Part shown: positions 54,328 to 64,000 of the stretch, piece by piece | Layout of the letters: every line of letters starts with the position of its first letter | Position numbering within the stretch: position 1 is the stretch's first letter | Assembly (NCBI GenBank): GCA_039621445.1 | Contig: CP154954.1 | Location: forward strand, 33,023,455 to 33,087,454 | DNA length: 64,000 bases | Reading direction: 5' to 3' | Source of the DNA: Euglena gracilis | Lineage: Eukaryota | Position numbers and translations under genes: made by a program | The notes under the pieces: model-generated | The model's database searches: none | What the model saw: the letters and a program-made list of their open reading frames with translations, nothing else | Told to the model about the DNA's origin: nothing

Positions 54328-54722
54328 AATGGACAAGATGCAGATGCTGGACACGATGCCGATGCTGGACAAGATGCAGATGCTGGACAAGATGCACATA
54401 CTGGACAAGATGCCGATGCTGGACAAGATGAACTGGATGCAGACACTGGACAACATGCAGATGGTGGACAAGATGCAGTTGCTGGACAAGAAGCAGATGC
54501 TGGACAAGATGCAGATGCTAGGCAAGATGCAGATACTGGACAAGATGCCGATGCTGGACAAGATGAACTGGATGCAGACACTGGACGGTGGACAAGATGA
54601 AGTTGCCGGACAAGAAGTTGATGGTGGACAAGATGCAGTTGCTGGACAAATAGCAGATGCTGGACAAGATGCAGATGCTAGACAAGATGCAGTTACTGGA
54701 CAAGATGCAGATGGACAAGATG
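54328..54722. repeat. 18-bp minisatellite (TGGACAAGATGCAGATGC)n
   Basis: About 20 degenerate units. Confidence 0.9.
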
Positions 54723-54841
54723 GGGTGCCACCCTCCACCCTCCAGCACAACAACTGGTTTGGACTTTGTTTGTCTGACCGGCAAGAGGCTTGCAACTTGC
54801 ACTCGATGTTGCCATCTCACAGGCCTGCACCACATCCTCCG

Positions 54842-55372
54842 GCAAAAAGCAGCAAAAGTGGTCAAAAAGTGGTAAAAAAAAACAGGCAAAAGTGGGTAAA
54901 AGTGGTCAGAAAGCAGCAAAAGTGGTATAAAAAAAAGTGGGCAAAAGTGGGCAAAAGTGGTCAAAAAGCAGCAAAAGTGGGCAACAAAAAAAGTGAAAGT
55001 GATCAAAAAGCAGCAACAATGGCCAAAAGTGGGCAAAAAGTAGCAAACGTGGGCAAACATGGTCCAAAAGCAACAAAAGTTGTCAAAAGTGGTCAAAAAG
55101 CAGGCAAAAGGGGCCAAAAGTGGTCAAAAAGCAGCAAAAGTGATCAAAAAGCTGCAAAGGTGGTTGGAAATGGGCAAAGGTGGGCAAAAAGCAGCAAAAG
55201 TGGTCAAGAAGCAGTCAAAATTGGTCAAAAGGCAGCAGATGTGGGCAATAGTGGTCAAAAAGCAGTCAAAAGTGGTCAATGTGGGCAAAAAGCAGTCAAA
55301 AGTGGTCAAAGTGGTCAAAAAGCAACCAAAGACGGCCAAAAGTAACCAAAAGTGGGCTAGAGCGGCAAAAGC
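54842..55372. repeat. Degenerate tandem repeat (CAAAAGTGGTCAAAAAGCAG)n
   Basis: Direct observation. It lies inside a family-C element. Confidence 0.85.
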
Positions 55373-55663
55373 GGCAGGCATTATAGGTACACCTTCAAGG
55401 GCCTCCAAAGGCGATGCTGGGCGATGCTGGGCGATGCTGGGCCCAAAGACATGGCTGACCAGAGGTGCTTGCCAGCAAGCACGCTTCCCCCCCCCCTGCC
55501 AACACCTTTTTCCAGCCAGCCTGCGGGACCCCCCTGCGGGTCCTTAAAGGACCCGACCCCGTGTTTTATTTGACATTAGAGGCAGGGGTGCTTTATTTGG
55601 GAGTCATGGTATTCTTCGGCCAACCTTTTTGTACGCTTCGGCCCCCTGCTTCGAGGTCAACCC

Positions 55664-64000
<8,337 letters not shown>

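Overview
Eukaryotic nuclear DNA, almost certainly from a euglenid (Euglena-like). Short GC3-rich exons are separated by conventional GT-AG introns and by nonconventional introns (5'-N3-CAG...CTG-N5|R with complementary ends), which are packed with MITEs and microsatellites. Almost none of the supplied ORFs are real genes. Manual exon stitching gives: (1) a small orphan minus-strand gene (~1989-3316); (2) a C2orf69/UPF0565 homologue (5174-12272); (3) a single-BLUF protein with a degenerate class III cyclase domain, related to photoactivated adenylyl cyclases (~14316-29342); (4) a FAM228-like protein (29748-41341); (5) a possible Whirly-fold protein (~41661-44525); (6) SNAPC3/SNAP50 (44698-53012); (7) a coiled-coil protein running off the end. 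Two observations stand out. First, some nonconventional introns are exactly a CAG...CTG TIR element plus one copy of its 8-bp target-site duplication (3 nt + 5 nt = 8), so hAT-type MITEs appear to act as introners. Second, the BLUF gene looks like a catalytically dead light sensor. Family assignments come from recalled motifs, not database searches. Several exon boundaries are approximate.
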